Positions 60,101-64,000 of a DNA stretch of 64,000 nucleotides are shown in pieces; position 1 is the first letter of the stretch; every line of letters starts with the position of its first letter. A program made the translations under genes and the position numbers. Source of the DNA: Anolis carolinensis (Eukaryota); the NCBI RefSeq assembly GCF_035594765.1, contig NC_085845.1, positions 18,532,024 through 18,596,023 on the forward strand, read 5' to 3'. The notes beneath the pieces are model-generated. The model saw only the letters and a list, made by a program, of their open reading frames with translations, did no database searches and had not been told where the DNA came from.

Positions 60101-60416
60101 CAGTAGAGTCTTGCTTATCCAACATTCGCTTAGCCAACATTCTGGATTATCCAATGCAGTTAGCCTTTTAGTAGTCAATGTTTTTGTAGTCAATTTTTCA
60201 ATACACTGAAGTTTTGGTGCTAAATTTATAAATACAGTAATTACTGAACTGCTTTTTCTGTACATTTTTGTAAAACATGATGTTTTGGTGCTTAATTTGT
60301 AAAATCATAATGTAATTTGATGTTTAATAGGCTTTTCCTTAATCTCTCCTTATTATACAACATTTTTGCTTATCCAACATTCTGCCGGCCCGTTTATGTT
60401 GGATATGTGAGACACT
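60101..60416. mobile_element. Tc1/mariner-type MITE
   Basis: Same family as the element at 39878. Confidence 0.85.
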
Positions 60417-60464
60417 AATATAATAATAATAAATATTTCTATCACACCCTATCTCCCCTTGGGG

Positions 60465-60969
60465 CAATGATGGGCAACCTTTTGCACTTGGTGTGTCAAA
60501 ATTCGCCTAAAAAAACCTAGCATGGCATGGGTGGTGTGTCACTTCGAGAAAAAAAAACATAATTTTGCAATATGTATGATTTAAATAACAAAAATGTATA
60601 ATTGTAATATATAACTGTATTTAATAAATCAAAAACTATTTACTACCATTATTTTCATGTACAACAATCTATGGTATCTCTTGTTTCTCTCTATTCTAAT
60701 TTCAATGTAGTCATGAATAATTAATAATAATATAATAGTAATAATATAATAATAATATAATACTACAATAATAATAGAATAATAATAGAATGATATAATA
60801 AAATGTGCATAATTCCCATGCAATAAACAAGAAAACCACTGGACCAAATCATACCAAATTTGGCCACAAAAGACATAAGTCATCCAATCAATCTGCATGC
60901 AGCAGTGTGTCAGCAAAAATGGCTAGGCATGTCAGTGCTGACACGCGTGTCATAGGTTGGCCACCACTG
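60465..60969. mobile_element. Non-autonomous hAT transposon
   Basis: TIR CAATGATGGGCAACCT / AGGTTGGCCACCACTG; perfect 8-bp TSD CCTTGGGG. Confidence 0.85.
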
Positions 60970-61294
60970 CCTTGGGGACTCAACAAAACAATGGCAAACA
61001 TCAATGCCAGAAAGTACAATCAGAAGTAAAAACAACCACACACTCTGAAAGCAGAGGAAGTTACAGACATGAATCAATTAGGGGCTGCTAACACCTCGGA
61101 ACAAAGGATTCCCCCAGGCAGGAATGAAGCTGGCATGGCCATTAATGCTAATCAAGGTCCAGTTTATGTTGGGTGAGACTCTACTGTAGTTGGAATATTA
61201 AAACAATTTAAGTGTGAATAAAAATGAATGAAATGCGATTTTAAAAGGATACAAAAATGGGATCTTGGGAGTTGTAGTTTCACAAGGTCTAAAC

Positions 61295-61428
61295 CAGGCC
61301 TGGGCCAACTTGGGCCCTCCGGGTGTTTTGGACTCCAACTCCCACAATTCCTAACAGCCTACCGGCTGTTAGGAATTGTGGGAGTTGGAGTCCAAAACAC
61401 CCGGAGGGCCCAAGTTGGCCCAGGCCTG
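61295..61428. mobile_element. Perfectly palindromic hAT MITE
   Basis: 65-bp perfect arms, 4-nt loop, TSD GTCTAAAC/GTCTAAAG. Confidence 0.9.
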
Positions 61429-61550
61429 GTCTAAAGCCTTCTCTAAAGTACAAACCACCAGGATTCCATAGCATTGAGCCATACAGAAGTGAAAGTGGCG
61501 CCAAATTCATGAGTTGATTCAGCCTCAAATGGGAGCCAATGGCTTCTAAC

Positions 61551-61729
61551 CTGAGTGGCTTCTTGGACAAGGGGCAGACGAGGATCTGGAGGAGGCTGGC
61601 ATCGAAGGGCGGCTTGGGCTCCTGCTGTCCTCCGTTCCCGGCCGCCTTGGAGAAGAGCGCCCGAGAGCCTTTCCTCCAAAGCGGAACGCAAGCGGAGAGG
61701 CGCAGGAGTCCGTGAGGCAGCATCGGCAT
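61551..61729 (-). CDS. PYURF: PYURF/PREY exon 1 (mitochondrial presequence-like N-terminus)
   Basis: MPMLPHGLLRLSACVPLWRKGSRALFS...FDASLLQILVCPLSKKPL; donor CAG|GTTAG; joins exon 2 to give 106 aa; alternative ATG at 61723. Confidence 0.92.
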
Positions 61730-62122
61730 GATTCGCGGTTGCACGCCCTCACTGCAAGCACCAGCCCCAAGGTCAGCTGGGAAAGGAAGTCGGCTTCACC
61801 GGACTGCTTCCTGAATGAGAGTGCTGTCGAAAGCAGTCCCTTGGAAAGCCGGAGCCGTTGTTTTAGGTTCCTACCAAAAACTAAAGATTGCGTTGCTGTG
61901 AGTTTTCCATGTTCCAGAAGCATTCTGTCCTGGCGTTTCGCCCACATCTTTGGCAGGCATCCACAGAGGTTGTGAGGTCTGTTGGAAACTAGGCAAGTGG
62001 GGTGTATAGATCTGTGGAATGATCAGGGTGGGAGAAAGAACTCGTTGTCTGTTTGAGGCAAGTGTGACTGTTGCAATTGGTCACCTTGATTAGCATTGAA
62101 CAGCTTTGCAGATTCAAAGCTA

Positions 62123-62392
62123 GGAGCCTTCGATGGCCTAGGGGATAAAAGCCTCGTGACTTGAAGGTTGGATTGCTGACCTGAAAGCTGCCAGGTTCGA
62201 ATCCCACCCGAGGAGAGCATGGATGAGCTCCCTCTATCAGCTCCAGCTCCATGCGGGGACATGAGAGAAGCCTACCACAAGGATGGTAAAACATCAAAAC
62301 ATCCGGGCGTCCCCTGGGCAACGTCCTTGCAGATGGCCAATTCTCTCACTCCAGAAGCAACTCCGGTTGCTCCTGACAAGGGAAAAAAAAAA
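62123..62392 (+). mobile_element. Second tRNA-derived SINE family (Anolis SINE2 type, probably Vingi-mobilised)
   Basis: B-box GGTTCGAATCC, core GGGCGTCCCCTGGGCAACGT, A tail, TSD TTCAAAGCT; partial copy at about 50025-50175. Confidence 0.75.
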
Positions 62393-62523
62393 CTTCAAAG
62401 CTTGGCTGCTTCCTGCCTGAAGGGATCCTTTTTTGGGGGAGGGGGGATGTGTTAGCTGGCCATGATAGTTTCATGTCTGTTTACAGAAAACAGTTTGCAG
62501 AAAATCTACACACATGAATAGAT

Positions 62524-62843
62524 AAGGTAAAGGTTTCCCGTGACATTAAGTCTAGTCGCGTCCAACTCTGGGGGTTGGTGCTCATCTCCATTTCTAAGCT
62601 GAAGAGCCGGCGTCGTCTATAGACACCTCCAAGGTCATGTGGCCGGCATGACTGCATGGAGTGCCATTACCTTCCCACTGGAGCAGTACCTATTGATCTA
62701 CTCACATTTGCATGTTTTCAAACTGAGGTTGGCAGAAGCTGTGCCTAACAGTGGGAGCTCTCCCTGCTCCTCGGATTTGAACCGCCAAACTTCCAGTCAA
62801 CGTTCAGCAGCTCAGCGATTTAATCTGCTGCGCCACTAGGGGC
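62524..62843 (-). mobile_element. Sauria SINE
   Basis: Reverse complement of the other copies. Confidence 0.88.
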
Positions 62844-63082
62844 TTTGGAAACTAGGCAAGTAAGGTTTATATATCTGGAATGTTCAGGGTGAGAGAAATA
62901 ACTCTTGTCTGTCTGAGGCAAGTGTGACGTGCAATTGGCCACCTTGATTAGCATTTAATGGCCTTGCAAGTTCAAAGCTTGGCTGCTTCCTGCCTGAGGG
63001 AATCCTTTGTTGGGAGGTGTTAGCTGGCCATGATTGTTTAATGTCTATTTACAGTTTGCAGAAAGCCTACACAAACGAATAG

Positions 63083-64000
63083 ATACCTACACAAAAACTC
63101 CAACCATCACCCAAGTCAAAAAAGAAGCACAATTAAAGCCCTGGCAGACTGTGCAAAAAGAATCTGCGAAGCACACCTCCTTTAAGGTGAACTGAACCAC
63201 CTAAACTGGACTCTACAGGCCAATGGGTACTCCACCACAGACATTAGAAGAGCTGCAAGGCCAAGAACAAGCCATTATAGTCAAGATAAAGATCCACCCA
63301 AAGGAAAAGTATTCTTACCATAAATCAAGGGAACCATAGGGAAGCTAATGAAGAAACACAACCTACAAACTACAGCCCCACTAAGAAAATCAAATAAATT
63401 CTACTTTTAGAAAAGGACAAAAGGGATCCTCTCACCTAGTCTACCGTATACCATACAGCTGTGGACAAGTCTACATAGGGACCACCAAACACAGCATTGC
63501 CCAAACACAAATCAGGGAACATGAAAGGCATTGGAGACTAGCTCAACCAGAGAAGTCAGCCATAGCAGAGCACTTGATGAACCAACCTGGACACAGCATA
63601 TTATTTGAGAACACAGAAATGCTGGACCACTCTAACAACCACTTTGTCAGACTACACAGAGAAGCCATTGAAATCCACAAACATGTGGACAACTTCAACC
63701 AAAAGGAGGAAACCATGAAAATGAACAAAATCTGGCTACCAGTATTAAAAAATTCTAAGATCAGGATAGTAAATAAAGATCAACACTATGAAAATGGGAA
63801 TTCCAGACATGAAACATTCAGGGCTAACACCTCCCAACAAAGGATTCCCTCAGGCAGGAATCAGACAGGCTTTGAATCTGCAAGGCCATTAAATGCTAAT
63901 CAAGGTGATCAATTTTGCACCATTCTTCCTGGCCTCCAACAGACAAGAGTTCTTTCTCTCACCCTGGACAATCCACAGATATATAAACCCCGCTTACCTG
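63083..64000 (+). mobile_element. Penelope 3' region (RT C-terminus + GIY-YIG, disabled), runs off the window
   Basis: DRYLHKNSNHHP, CGQVYIGTT, EHERH, REAIEI motifs with stops and frameshifts. Confidence 0.88.

Larger units (their letters stand above)
61890..63050 (-). mobile_element. Penelope pLTR fragments with nested SINEs
   Basis: pLTR sequence interrupted by SINEs at 62123-62392 and 62524-62843. Confidence 0.75.

Noticed and set aside
1-64000. CRISPR array or prokaryote-style operon
   Set aside because: Intron-exon vertebrate DNA; recurring motifs are dispersed transposon copies, not regularly spaced repeats

Overview
Vertebrate genomic DNA, almost certainly an anole lizard (Anolis) judging from its repeats: Sauria SINEs, Penelope, Vingi, Helitron and hAT/mariner MITEs. 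The window is syntenic with the human HERC6-HERC5-PIGY/PYURF locus. It holds (1) a complete 23-exon HERC6-like RCC1+HECT E3 ligase on + (9321-34633, 3144 nt, 1047 aa by manual splicing), (2) a HERC5-like paralogue on + (ATG 39313) with 17 clean in-frame exons ending just before the HECT domain and no HECT exons in the rest of the window, and (3) the bicistronic PYURF(PREY)-PIGY unit on -. ISRE motifs lie in HERC6 intron 1 and the HERC5 promoter. Introns are dense with nested mobile elements, including a cargo-carrying Helitron inside a 5'-inverted L1 and Penelope fragments with hammerhead-ribozyme motifs. Exon boundaries were derived by hand from GT-AG sites and reading-frame continuity. Gene and family names rest on recalled sequence similarity, not database searches.
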